Shown piece by piece: positions 35,025-44,085 of a DNA stretch of 64,000 bases. Below the pieces are notes generated by a model that did no database searches, had not been told where the DNA came from, and saw only the letters and a list, made by a program, of their open reading frames with translations. The DNA comes from Vicinamibacterales bacterium (GTDB lineage: Bacteria > Acidobacteriota > Vicinamibacteria > Vicinamibacterales > UBA2999): contig JBFWQE010000013.1 of assembly GCA_050249615.1 (NCBI GenBank), forward strand, positions 406-64,405. Direction: 5' to 3'. A program made the position numbers and the translations under genes. Each line of letters starts with the position of its first letter. The first letter of the stretch is position 1.

Positions 35025-35594
35025 ATGCATACCAGGACCTACGTCTGTTCGTGTGAATCGTGCCAGGGCACCGGCTGCACGTGCGGCTGCCAGGCCGCTA
35101 CAGCGCTCGCGAGGACGACGCGACCCACGGCACCCGCTGGCCCCGCAACCACCGCGACAGCCGTCTTGCTGGCGGTGTCAACGGCACTGGTGGCGCTCGC
35201 GCCAACGCCAGCAGCCGCACAAGCGTCCGTCTGCGGAACGGCCACCCTGCTGGACGTCGAGGTCGTGATGTCCCGGATCCCTCAGCCGACTATCACCTTC
35301 GTTCAGACACGGCGCAAGGGACACGGCAAGTCCGGTGATCGCGCCGTACAGGTCTACACGACGCCCAGCGAGCGGCAGAACAAGACCTACGTGGTGACGG
35401 TGCGGCTGAACGATTTCACCTATGTCGCTCAGTCGCCTGGTAGCGATTTCTGGAACTTCAATCCGACCCGACTCGTGGTCAACGACGCGATTGACGCGTG
35501 CGTCTCGAATGGTCACCTGCGCCTGCGTCGACCCGACGGTAAGGACTACAAGACGACGATCGTGCGGGTCGAACGATCTGCCGCCCTGCCCTGA
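35025..35594 (+). CDS. hypothetical membrane-anchored protein with N-terminal Cys cluster
   Basis: ATG at 35025 follows GAAGGAG. MHTRTYVCSCESCQGTGCTCGC is followed by a TM/signal-like AVLLAVSTALVALAPTPAAAQA and a ~110-aa beta-rich domain. Confidence 0.5.
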   Translation: MHTRTYVCSCESCQGTGCTCGCQAATALARTTRPTAPAGPATTATAVLLAVSTALVALAPTPAAAQASVCGTATLLDVEVVMSRIPQPTITFVQTRRKGHGKSGDRAVQVYTTPSERQNKTYVVTVRLNDFTYVAQSPGSDFWNFNPTRLVVNDAIDACVSNGHLRLRRPDGKDYKTTIVRVERSAALP

Positions 35595-35914
35595 GTGGCA
35601 TGCGGCGCAAGACGAAGGTATTCAGGCGCACGGAGACGTTCAATGGCCGTTCGGCGATTTCGTCGCATCAGCGGCTTCCGCCGCTCGCTCGATTCGGCGT
35701 CGGACGGCTGGTCTTCCACAATGGCTTTGACCGTCTCCCCGCAGAGGCTCGCGAGATGCAGCGTCTCCACTACTCGTCGGCGCGTCACTGGAGCAGCCCG
35801 CGCGGCCTCGTTCGCCGCAAGTCACTGAAACCCTGCGGCTTCGAGTTCAAGGGGCGATGGCACGCGACGTGTGCGATAATTGTTGGTCGACCGCTCGCAA
35901 GTTGCTGATCCTGA

Positions 35915-35955
35915 ACGGAGAGATGTCCGAGTGGTTGAAGGAGCACGCTTGGAAA
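35915..35955 (+). repeat. attL: 41-bp direct repeat = orphan 5' half of tRNA-Ser(GGA)
   Basis: ACGGAGAGATGTCCGAGTGGTTGAAGGAGCACGCTTGGAAA is identical to 50907-50947. Identity ends at the last base of the anticodon loop. Confidence 0.85.
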
Positions 35956-36235
35956 TCCACCTGGCCGTGCGCGATGGCGTGCTCTCGATTGCGATAAGCG
36001 TTACAGATTCAGGCGCTTAGCGCGAATCGCCTCACGAGCGTCGATCCCCATAAACCACTGTATTTCTCTCGAAATTGATCGGGTCACGTCACGGTTGCGT
36101 CACGATCGGGCGCTGTGACGTCGGGCACGTTCGCGGCATCGTGAACATGGCGCGGGCGTGGACATCGACCGCCAACCTATGCGCCCGGCCTGGGCGAAGG
36201 AGACGGAGTTCGAAGGCACTTGGCGTCGGACCTCC

Positions 36236-37066
36236 TCACCTCTCCCCGGCCACGCTGGCCAGTGCGGCCTTCAGCACGTGAACGCAGAGCGTGGCGGTGT
36301 GGTGGTCGGGTGTGAAGCCTGACACCATCTGCTCGTACGGGTGAATGTAGTTGCGGAACTCTCGAAGGCCGTGGCCGAACTTCTTGACGTCCGGCTTGAG
36401 GATGCCGATTTCGCAGGCCACATCGATGAACTGCGCGAGCGTCCACTCGTGGAACTTCCTGACGCTGGCGTCCTGGTTTCTTGGGCTGGCGGATGCTTTG
36501 TTGAAGCGCGCCGGTTCCTTCTGGGCGGCACCGAGAAGGACCGCTTCGAGCACGCTCCCGCACAGGAAGATCACTGACAGGTGGGCCCCGGCGGCCAGTG
36601 CCTTGTCGGCTTCCGCCAAGCGGCTTTCAATGATGGGCACGACCTGCTGCTCGATGGGGAGTTTCTGAACGTTTGGAGCGGCGAAATGACGGCTCAGGAA
36701 CTCCGCGGCAGACTGCTCCGGAGGCGGTGGTGCCGCTCTTCCTTGAAGGCGCGCGACGATGGCGCGCGTCTTGGTCAGAGCGGCGGAATCGATCTCGCGC
36801 TTGTTGAGATCGCAATCCGCCTCGTAGGCGTCGAGCAGTTCGGACAAGACCGAACCGACGACGGCGTCCGGCTCGACCTCCCAGAAGGCGCGAAGCTTCT
36901 TGGCCTTGGATGTACCGTACTTCTGATATGGGCCGTGGTGGATGTCGCGCTTGTGGCGCTTGAAGAACGTGTCGAAGGTCGCGTCCGTGAAGTCGAGGAC
37001 GTAGCCGCCACCCATGCCAAGCACCTTCTCGACGTAGCGCTTCTCAATATCGGTGAGACTGCTCAT
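36236..37066 (-). CDS. hypothetical protein with HEPN-like C-terminal domain (AbiJ-like architecture?)
   Basis: The start MSSLTDIEKRYVEKVLGMGGGYVLDF is at ATG 37066. The helical C-terminus has HLSVIFLCGSVLEAVLLGAA and GHGLREFRNYIHPYEQ (an R-x6-H / RNxxH-type motif). It lies 105 nt downstream of gajB on the same strand. Confidence 0.5.
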   Translation of the reverse strand: MSSLTDIEKRYVEKVLGMGGGYVLDFTDATFDTFFKRHKRDIHHGPYQKYGTSKAKKLRAFWEVEPDAVVGSVLSELLDAYEADCDLNKREIDSAALTKTRAIVARLQGRAAPPPPEQSAAEFLSRHFAAPNVQKLPIEQQVVPIIESRLAEADKALAAGAHLSVIFLCGSVLEAVLLGAAQKEPARFNKASASPRNQDASVRKFHEWTLAQFIDVACEIGILKPDVKKFGHGLREFRNYIHPYEQMVSGFTPDHHTATLCVHVLKAALASVAGER

Positions 37067-37171
37067 GAGCGGGTTCCGGGCGTGTCGTTGGGAGGGTGAG
37101 CGGTCTTCCGCGCTACCGCCAGATCCTTGTGAAACGCCTTGGACGGCGGATTGACGACCAACGGCGGCCAA

Positions 37172-39088
37172 CTACGCACTGGCCTCAACGAGCCCCATCT
37201 CCACTAGGAACCGCGACGGCGCCTTCTTCCAACCTCGATAGCTCTTGGCTCGGCTGAGCACGAGGCATTCTTTCGTACGGGTGATGGCGACGAAGCAGTT
37301 GCGACGCTCTTCCTCCATCTCCGGGCTCCCGTCGCCCTTCTGGCGACTCTGGAAGGAGGGCATGATGTCTTCCGCCAGTCCGATCACGTACACGCGCTCA
37401 AACTCCCGCCCCTTCGCCCCGTGTATGGTCATAAGCGTAACAGAGTGCGGTCTCGGCGCTGGCTCCTTTGAGCGCAGCTGCAACTCCTGCAGGAACTGTT
37501 CGAGCGGTGCGCCCGTTCCAATGTGGCTCGCGATGTCTCGGCTAAGGCCGCGCCACGCAGCCATGTCTTCAGCCACATCCGATTCGTCCGACGCGGCGTT
37601 CTGTCGGTCCGACAACTCCTGAAGTATGCCGCTCATGTCAATCTGGATCGTCGACGCAGTGCTTGTCGTTTGCACGTACTGAAGCAGTGCATCCGATGGC
37701 GACGACGCGCCACTCAGACGCGCAGACTCCAACCACGTTGCAAGGTAGCTGAATCCCGTTGATTCGGCATCCGCGACCACCTGCGCGCCGTCGACGGATG
37801 TCCCCGCCATTCGATTGAACGAATCGACGAGCACCGACAGGTTCCGCCTGTCCAATGGTCTGACCGTCTGCCGCAAGACGGCAACAAGCCACCTGAACTC
37901 CGGCGACAGAAAATCGTCGCGACGTTGCGCGACTCCTGCGGCTACACCTGCGTCATGCAATGCTCTGTTCATCCGGTCTAGGAGGGCCTTCGTTCGCGCA
38001 AGGACCGTCGTCTGGTCCCAGGAGCCTCGGCCGGTGCTCGCGATCTCCGTGGCAATTCCGACGGCCTCGTCATCCTCCGTCTCGAACACGCGCAGCTGAA
38101 TCTGCTCAGAGTCCGGGTACAGGCCGCTCGTCTTTCCCGCGACTAGTGGCCCCTTGGTTGCCGTACGTTGAACGTTATAGACAACGAGCCGATTGGCCGC
38201 CTCTACGATCGCTGCGGGGCACCGATAGTTCGTCGGCAGCTGGATGACCTGAGCACCGAAGTCGGCGATAAATGCTTGAATCTGCTGGTAGCTGGCTCCA
38301 TTCCATCCGTAGATGATTTGGTCATCATCTGCAACAGCGAACACGTTCTGAAAGGAGTTGGCGGCAAGACTACGGAGGAGAGAGTACTGGGCACGATTCG
38401 TGTCCTGGAACTCATCTATCAGCCAGTACGGATACGACCGCCGATAGCGCGTCGCGATTGCCGGAAACGCCACCAGAAGACGATGGGCCTGAAGGATGAG
38501 GGAGTTGAAGTCCAATGCGTTCAGCCGGCGCAACTCCTCTTCGTAGACCCGGTACGTGACTGCAATCCGCTTGGCTTCGGGTGCCCTCCCCAGCGCGCTC
38601 TCTGCTTCCTCCGGCTCAATGAGGCTCGCCTTGAGTCGGTCGATGACTGGCAGGTGCCTGACGTCGTCCGGGTCACTCTGTCCTTCGGCCCTTGCCAAGG
38701 CATCCTCCAGGACAGCTTTTCGATCTGCATCTGTCGAGTAGATTGCAAAGTCGGACTGAATCCCGATATGGACGCCGTGCTGTCGCAGTACCTGACCGCA
38801 GAAACCGTGAAATGTCGCGATGTTGGCGCGCTCTTCCAGGCCCGGCACGAACGTAGCGACGCGGCTCTTCATCTCGTCGGCCGCCTTGTTCGTGAACGTG
38901 AGAGCGAGAATCCGGAACTGCTGATCACGCGAACGGTCGAGCAGGTCGGCAATGCGACACGTCAAGACCTGCGTCTTGCCCGAACCGGGGCCCGCAAGCA
39001 CGAGCAGTGGTCCCTGGTCCCACTGTACCGCTTGACGCTGAATGTCGGTGAGTTGCGCAAGAGCGGCGTTGAACGGCGACTCGGTCAT
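37172..39088 (-). CDS. gajB: UvrD/PcrA/Rep-family helicase, Gabija GajB
   Basis: Walker A LAGPGSGKTQVL, motif II LIDEFQDTNRAQY, a VLARTK-type motif and C-terminal TIHGAKGREFERVYV. The start overlaps the gajA stop (ATGA at 39085-39088). Confidence 0.8.
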   Translation of the reverse strand: MTESPFNAALAQLTDIQRQAVQWDQGPLLVLAGPGSGKTQVLTCRIADLLDRSRDQQFRILALTFTNKAADEMKSRVATFVPGLEERANIATFHGFCGQVLRQHGVHIGIQSDFAIYSTDADRKAVLEDALARAEGQSDPDDVRHLPVIDRLKASLIEPEEAESALGRAPEAKRIAVTYRVYEEELRRLNALDFNSLILQAHRLLVAFPAIATRYRRSYPYWLIDEFQDTNRAQYSLLRSLAANSFQNVFAVADDDQIIYGWNGASYQQIQAFIADFGAQVIQLPTNYRCPAAIVEAANRLVVYNVQRTATKGPLVAGKTSGLYPDSEQIQLRVFETEDDEAVGIATEIASTGRGSWDQTTVLARTKALLDRMNRALHDAGVAAGVAQRRDDFLSPEFRWLVAVLRQTVRPLDRRNLSVLVDSFNRMAGTSVDGAQVVADAESTGFSYLATWLESARLSGASSPSDALLQYVQTTSTASTIQIDMSGILQELSDRQNAASDESDVAEDMAAWRGLSRDIASHIGTGAPLEQFLQELQLRSKEPAPRPHSVTLMTIHGAKGREFERVYVIGLAEDIMPSFQSRQKGDGSPEMEEERRNCFVAITRTKECLVLSRAKSYRGWKKAPSRFLVEMGLVEASA

Positions 39089-40998
39089 GCCAGCCCTCTC
39101 AGTTCTCCGATCGCGTCGCGAAACTGCTGAAGAGTGCGTGTCGCCAGCGCGGGGTCAGTGGCCAGGCGCTCGGCGAGTTTGGCAGCGACATCGATCTTGC
39201 ACTTCTCGAGTCGTGTCTGGAGAATCGGCAGACCGATCGTGCCGGCGTCGGCGTGCCCGAGTTCCTGCAGGATGGCGCGAAGCTCAGGTTCCAGGCCGTC
39301 CGCCAAGAGTTGCTGCTCCAGATGGCCCCCAGCCAGAGTACGGCACCGCTGAGCCACAAACCCAGGGTCAAACTGACGATCGGTGATCTTCTGGACGTAC
39401 CCATGGCCAGCGTTGTCGCCATCGAAGACGGCCAGCCACGGGATTGACAGCGCTCGGGCCAGAGCCGCGAACGTGGATGGATGGCCGTTGTTCATGGCAT
39501 CGATAACAGCCACGCCATGTTCATCCAAGTCGTATCCGATCGCCTTGGCAAGCGCGTGAACGATCAGGTACTCCGCTTGTCCTTCCACGAGCATCCAGCG
39601 TCGAGCGAAGAAGATCTCACCTCGGATGCGTCGTGCGAAGGTCTCGAGTGACGCCAGTTCGTCGTCCGACATGAACAGCATTGAGCGGTCCTTCAGCTCT
39701 CTCAGGACCCCGTGGATCACTGCCCTGTCAGGGTGCTGTCCATAGACGGTCAGAGTGTCGCGGTATAGAGCCTCGGGAAAGGCGCCGTTGACCGTAAGCG
39801 TCTCCGTCAGTCGGTCGTAGACGAGGAGGCCACCCGACCCCGCCACGACGCCATCGAGGGACGGAACGTGCGGAACGGTGGCTGAGAAGTTCGGGGGCAG
39901 CCAGCTAATCTCGGTGCCGCGCTCAGTCAAACGGACGAGGCGAAGGTCACGAAAGGGGACGTGCGGGACGAAATACGGCGAGTGCGTCGTGATGATCTTC
40001 TGCCCGGGGAGCGCATTCACGTGCGCCCACAATGTCCGGGCAGCCTGTGGATGCAAGTGCGTCTCAGGCTCCTCCAGAGCGAGGGCTGGAACGCTGTCGG
40101 GCTGATACAGCTCGGCCAGCAGGTGCTGGACGAACGCTTGAAAGAGAAAAATGACGGAAAGACTCTGGAGGCCTTGGCCGTGACGCTGCAATGGCAACCA
40201 TGGCCAGTCCGGTTCGTTGCGCAGAATGATCTCTGCCTTCGAGAGCAGATCCCATGCCTTGAGTGGAACAAGGCGGAGGTTGACTCCACCGTCACGGTCG
40301 CGCGCGGCCACCTTCGTGGCTCCGGACAGGGTCGTCGCGACTTGCGCCAGCCTTGGGTCCGCGTCTAGCAGCCTGGTGTTGAGTCGATCAAGTATCTTCT
40401 GGACCCGAGCTTCCAGCGTTGCGGGGATCTTCATCGCCTTTAGAAGACGGCCCCAGAACTGTGATCGCGAGGAGAACTCGTCCTCGGCGTCTCGAAGGGC
40501 ACCGAGGTAGAAGACGGGCAAGTACTCCCAGAAGCGTTCGAGGTTCAGCCGCCGCGTGGCCCCACCGAAGAGCGGAGCTCGAGCCGCGTTCAGGAAGGCC
40601 CAGTCCGCCACGAACTGCTCTTCGCCGGCATTCCACCCCCAGCCCGCCCGCAACGTGATCGAGTTCTGTCCGGTCGCTGGATCGGTCTGGACAATCTGAT
40701 CCAGAGCCTGTTGGACGGCATCTGGCCATTCGCCCGCCGCGCCCTCCTCGGTTCGGAGTTCGATAGCAACTGGAGTCGAGGTTTTCGGGTCGTCAGTCTG
40801 GGTGGCGAGGTGAATGTCGTATTCGGTGAAGCCCGTTCCGCGCTGTCCCCAGCGTCGCGTGAGCACAATTCGGACGGCATCGAGAATTGCCGTTTTCCCC
40901 GCGTTGTTTGGCCCGATGAAGACCGTCGTTTCGCCGAGCTGAACATCGAGCGCCTTTATGGAGCGAAAGTTCTCAATGCGCAGGGATGTGATTCTCAT
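39085..40998 (-). CDS. gajA: OLD-family ATPase-Toprim nuclease, Gabija GajA
   Basis: MRITSLRIENFRSIKALDVQLGETTVFIGPNNAGKTAILDA (ABC/AAA_15 N-terminus), LALEEPETHLHP (Walker B/D-loop) and C-terminal Toprim MLVEGQAEY ... VFDGDNAG. A class-2 OLD nuclease next to UvrD is the Gabija arrangement. Confidence 0.8.
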   Translation of the reverse strand: MRITSLRIENFRSIKALDVQLGETTVFIGPNNAGKTAILDAVRIVLTRRWGQRGTGFTEYDIHLATQTDDPKTSTPVAIELRTEEGAAGEWPDAVQQALDQIVQTDPATGQNSITLRAGWGWNAGEEQFVADWAFLNAARAPLFGGATRRLNLERFWEYLPVFYLGALRDAEDEFSSRSQFWGRLLKAMKIPATLEARVQKILDRLNTRLLDADPRLAQVATTLSGATKVAARDRDGGVNLRLVPLKAWDLLSKAEIILRNEPDWPWLPLQRHGQGLQSLSVIFLFQAFVQHLLAELYQPDSVPALALEEPETHLHPQAARTLWAHVNALPGQKIITTHSPYFVPHVPFRDLRLVRLTERGTEISWLPPNFSATVPHVPSLDGVVAGSGGLLVYDRLTETLTVNGAFPEALYRDTLTVYGQHPDRAVIHGVLRELKDRSMLFMSDDELASLETFARRIRGEIFFARRWMLVEGQAEYLIVHALAKAIGYDLDEHGVAVIDAMNNGHPSTFAALARALSIPWLAVFDGDNAGHGYVQKITDRQFDPGFVAQRCRTLAGGHLEQQLLADGLEPELRAILQELGHADAGTIGLPILQTRLEKCKIDVAAKLAERLATDPALATRTLQQFRDAIGELRGLA

Positions 40999-41489
40999 GA
41001 TGTGCTGTCCAACGGCCCTACGCTAGTGAAACAACAGCACGGGCGAGTGCGAGTGGCGTCGACCTCGAACGTCAGCCATGGACTTTTGCCCTCGCCGAGT
41101 TGCCCTGACAATCCGGCGGCGATCTCGGGTGCCAGCGCGTCACGGACGACAGCCGTGCACTTCGCTTCGGCTCGTTCCATCCACTTGCCCGCCTGGCCCT
41201 TGCTCAAGGCAGCCATCGCGTCGGGTTCGTCGAGGCCGAGGAACGCCGGCGCCAGCGAGAGGTCGATGTCCTCCGGAAACCGATTGATGACGTCGAGGGC
41301 TTTCGAGAGCGACGTACCGCCCTTGAAGGCGATGGCATCTCGAAAGGACGACTGGAACAAGATGCTGAGGAGCCAGCACACCCAGAAGCCCTTCTCGACG
41401 ATTACGGGAGCCAGTCCTCGACGGGCTGCGGCTTCGTCGATGTAGACGTTGCGCTCGGCAGCCGGCAGCTCGAGGAACGCCAGCGTCAT
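40995..41489 (-). CDS. AbiEii/AbiGii-family nucleotidyltransferase toxin, C-terminally truncated (probable remnant)
   Basis: EKGFWVCWLLSILF...FKGGTSLSKALDVINRFPEDIDLS are the NTase motifs I/II. It is only 164 aa against ~250-300 expected. The tail TRTRPCCCFTSVGPLDSTS looks like read-through into the gajA leader. ATGA overlaps occur at both ends. Confidence 0.6.
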   Translation of the reverse strand: MTLAFLELPAAERNVYIDEAAARRGLAPVIVEKGFWVCWLLSILFQSSFRDAIAFKGGTSLSKALDVINRFPEDIDLSLAPAFLGLDEPDAMAALSKGQAGKWMERAEAKCTAVVRDALAPEIAAGLSGQLGEGKSPWLTFEVDATRTRPCCCFTSVGPLDSTS

Positions 41490-42094
41490 GACGCCAGATC
41501 CTTCAGCGGACGGTGCATCCATTCTGGCGCCAGCGTCAGGTCCTTGAGCAGCGAGCGCCGATCGTCGGCTGGCAGCGTGCGCCGGAGTCTGGCGATTCGT
41601 TCCGGCGTGATGCACTCCGGGCCGAGGTGACGGAACGCCTGAATAACGAGCCCAGACGGACGTCCGGCAGCCGCCATATTGCGCGGCGTGGTGCGTCGAA
41701 GCTGCAGCGTGATTGGGCCGACCCGGACCACTCGGCTCGGGCCATCGGTGAGGAAAACCACCTTCGCGGGCACATGCTCCGAAAGGCCCAGCAGATTCGC
41801 GGCATAGGCTCCGGACGGCTGAAGTCTGACGCGATCACGCCCGGCCATCGCCTTCGCGAGGGCCTCTGGCGTCGGAGAGAGCTGGCCCAAGCTCGGGTGC
41901 AGCTTCGGAAAGTCGTACAGGCCTCGGCCGAGCTGACGGATCGTCCCTGCCTCCGTCTGGCGCCGTAACGCCGAGGTAATGGCCGGACGGCTGGCCAGGT
42001 CCAGGAAGTGGCGCGGGGTGAACACCCACCCCCTCCCGTGCCCCCTGATGCGGTCAAGTATCGACTTTTCAGCCGATTGTGGGCGCTTCGCCAT
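41486..42094 (-). CDS. AbiEi-family (type IV TA) antitoxin / transcriptional regulator
   Basis: The start MAKRPQSAEKSILDRIRGHGRGWVFTPRHFLDLASRPAITSALRRQTEAGTIRQLGRGLYDFPK is the AbiEi_4/DUF6088-type N-terminal wHTH. The stop overlaps the abiEii start. Confidence 0.8.
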   Translation of the reverse strand: MAKRPQSAEKSILDRIRGHGRGWVFTPRHFLDLASRPAITSALRRQTEAGTIRQLGRGLYDFPKLHPSLGQLSPTPEALAKAMAGRDRVRLQPSGAYAANLLGLSEHVPAKVVFLTDGPSRVVRVGPITLQLRRTTPRNMAAAGRPSGLVIQAFRHLGPECITPERIARLRRTLPADDRRSLLKDLTLAPEWMHRPLKDLAS

Positions 42095-42174
42095 GAAGAT
42101 TCGAAGCAAAAGATGCCATAAATTTGCTGCACAAGGAAGCTCGATGGACCGCCGCAAGGTCAGCGGGGCCCGTT

Positions 42175-42213
42175 CCGCGGTTATCCGCGGTTATATAACC
42201 GCGGTGCGGTTAT
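42175..42213. promoter_or_regulatory. candidate AbiEi operator: CCGCGGTTAT half-sites (direct, direct, inverted, direct)
   Basis: ccgcggttat ccgcggttat ataaccgcgg tgcggttat includes the perfect 20-bp palindrome CCGCGGTTATATAACCGCGG (42185-42204), ~90 nt upstream of abiEi. Confidence 0.5.
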
Positions 42214-42224
42214 TTTCGCCCGCC

Positions 42225-43931
42225 TCACGAAGGGCCGGACCGTTCGTACCACGCCCCCTTCTTGCTGCCGCGCTGGACCAGACGGCCATCCTCGGTCAGG
42301 CGCGTGAGGAGCCGGTACGCCTGGTCTGCCGACAGCCTACAGAGCTCCGCCACCTCGGCTCTGGTGATCCGTCCGTGTCGTTCGACGTACTGCAGCACCA
42401 TCTGTTCCTGCTGCAGCGGTTCGAATCCCCGCTGGCGCACGTACGCGGCCTTGTCGCCAAGGGCTCGATACGTCGCAGCCGAAAGGTGCCAGGTGCGTCC
42501 CTTCTTCTGGCCACGCTCTTCGACGAAGCCAGCCTCCACCAGGCGGTGTAGCACGGCGCGCGCGTCACCGTCCGGCTTCTGAATGAGCCGGCCGACATCG
42601 GGTGTAGTCAGGCTGCGCTCCTGCCACAACGCATTCAGCACGAGCAGCTCGTCGAGGCTCAGGTCGCGCTCGTGCTGCGCCTCGGTGACGAGCAGCCTCA
42701 CGAAGTCCAGATTCGCCTCGCCACCTGGAATGACCACCACCACGCCGGTCGCGTCGCTGCGTGCGTAGGATGGCGCTGGCCGGCCGTTTCGCAACTGCTC
42801 GAAAAAGATCGTGTCGATCCCGCGCGCGGTCCGTTCGACGATGCCGGCCCGTTTGAACGCGTCAGCAAGAAGCGGATTGCGCGGGCGAGGGGCCGTGACC
42901 AGCAAGTTGTCAAGGCGAACGCCTTCCGGAAAACCGCCGGGGCTGCTGATCTCGATACGGTCCAAGTGCCACTGAAAGTGCACCGCACCGAGGCGCTGAT
43001 AGTCACGGTGGATCAGCGCGTTGGCCAGCGCCTCACGCAGGGCCCGCTCCGGGTAGTCCGGCACGCCCACGCGCAGCAGGCCCACCATCAGCTCCTCTTC
43101 GCGATTGCGCGCACGAATCCGCGCTTCGATCTCTTCCATCACCCGGAGCAGGGGCCAGCGGAAGAAATCGTTGACCTCGACATCGAGGCCACGCAGCACC
43201 TGGAACGCGACCTCATTGCCGGGTACGAATCGACGAAGAGCATCGTCCTTCCCGAAGAGGAGCACGGCAGCCAGGCGCAATGCTCGTGGGCTCCCGTTGG
43301 CATCAACCACGCCGAGGGCCTTCGCCAATTCCAAGTCAGGCAGGTTGAGAAGGGATTCGTCGCTGCGTCCCCGACGTTCGCGGACACTTCGTCGGAAGCG
43401 CTCGAACTCAAGCGGGTCCAAATCCTCCCACCGCGCGCCGCCCACCACCTGCCCTGAAGGGTCTAGCTGACCCCGGTCCGCCTGCTGCGACTGGATGGCA
43501 AGAGCGTCCATTGGAGCGCACGCCGGGCGTCCGTCACCGCCCAACGTACGGCGCAGGAACTGTCCGTCACTCGTGCAGACGACGTGCTGTTGTGGCGGCA
43601 CCTCGACCACCAGAACGGACATACCGTCCAGCAAGTGCTCTTCGACTTGCACGGCCAGCGCCGGCCGCGTTCGACCCGCGACGAGGGCGGCGACTCTGTC
43701 GAGATCCGTCGTCGCGTCGTGCCGGGGACGAGCGCCGGTGACTGTGCCGTCGTCCTCCACACCCACGAGCAGCCAACCTGGTGCGACGGCGGTCCGATTG
43801 GCAAGACAGACGACGGCCTCGACGAGCTCGCGGTCGTTGAGGATCGATCGCTTCTCTCCCTTGAACTCGACATCCAGTGTTTCGCCGCCAGCGATGATGC
43901 GGCGCAGTTGCTTCACGGTCATGGGTATCAC
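42225..43931 (-). CDS. AlbA_2 (Schlafen-like) + HATPase_c_4 + C-terminal wHTH protein (COG2865-type)
   Basis: N-terminal GGETLDVEFKGE...LVEAVVCLANRTA (AlbA_2), mid ALREALANALIHRDY (HATPase_c_4), and C-terminal wHTH repeats (LHRLVEAGFVEERGQKKGRTWHL; LLTRLTEDGRLVQRGSKKGAWY). Confidence 0.75.
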   Translation of the reverse strand: MIPMTVKQLRRIIAGGETLDVEFKGEKRSILNDRELVEAVVCLANRTAVAPGWLLVGVEDDGTVTGARPRHDATTDLDRVAALVAGRTRPALAVQVEEHLLDGMSVLVVEVPPQQHVVCTSDGQFLRRTLGGDGRPACAPMDALAIQSQQADRGQLDPSGQVVGGARWEDLDPLEFERFRRSVRERRGRSDESLLNLPDLELAKALGVVDANGSPRALRLAAVLLFGKDDALRRFVPGNEVAFQVLRGLDVEVNDFFRWPLLRVMEEIEARIRARNREEELMVGLLRVGVPDYPERALREALANALIHRDYQRLGAVHFQWHLDRIEISSPGGFPEGVRLDNLLVTAPRPRNPLLADAFKRAGIVERTARGIDTIFFEQLRNGRPAPSYARSDATGVVVVIPGGEANLDFVRLLVTEAQHERDLSLDELLVLNALWQERSLTTPDVGRLIQKPDGDARAVLHRLVEAGFVEERGQKKGRTWHLSAATYRALGDKAAYVRQRGFEPLQQEQMVLQYVERHGRITRAEVAELCRLSADQAYRLLTRLTEDGRLVQRGSKKGAWYERSGPS

Positions 43932-44085
43932 GCTAGGGGGCCTCTGCCGACCTCACCTTGCCAGTTCCTTAATGATTCTGCTCCAAGTCGCATGCACCCA
44001 CCACGGCCCGAAGCGGCCCGAGAACGGCAGAGGATGAATTGCACCCCGCTCGCGAACCGATCATATTCGCAGCGTAGGTGGCCGT

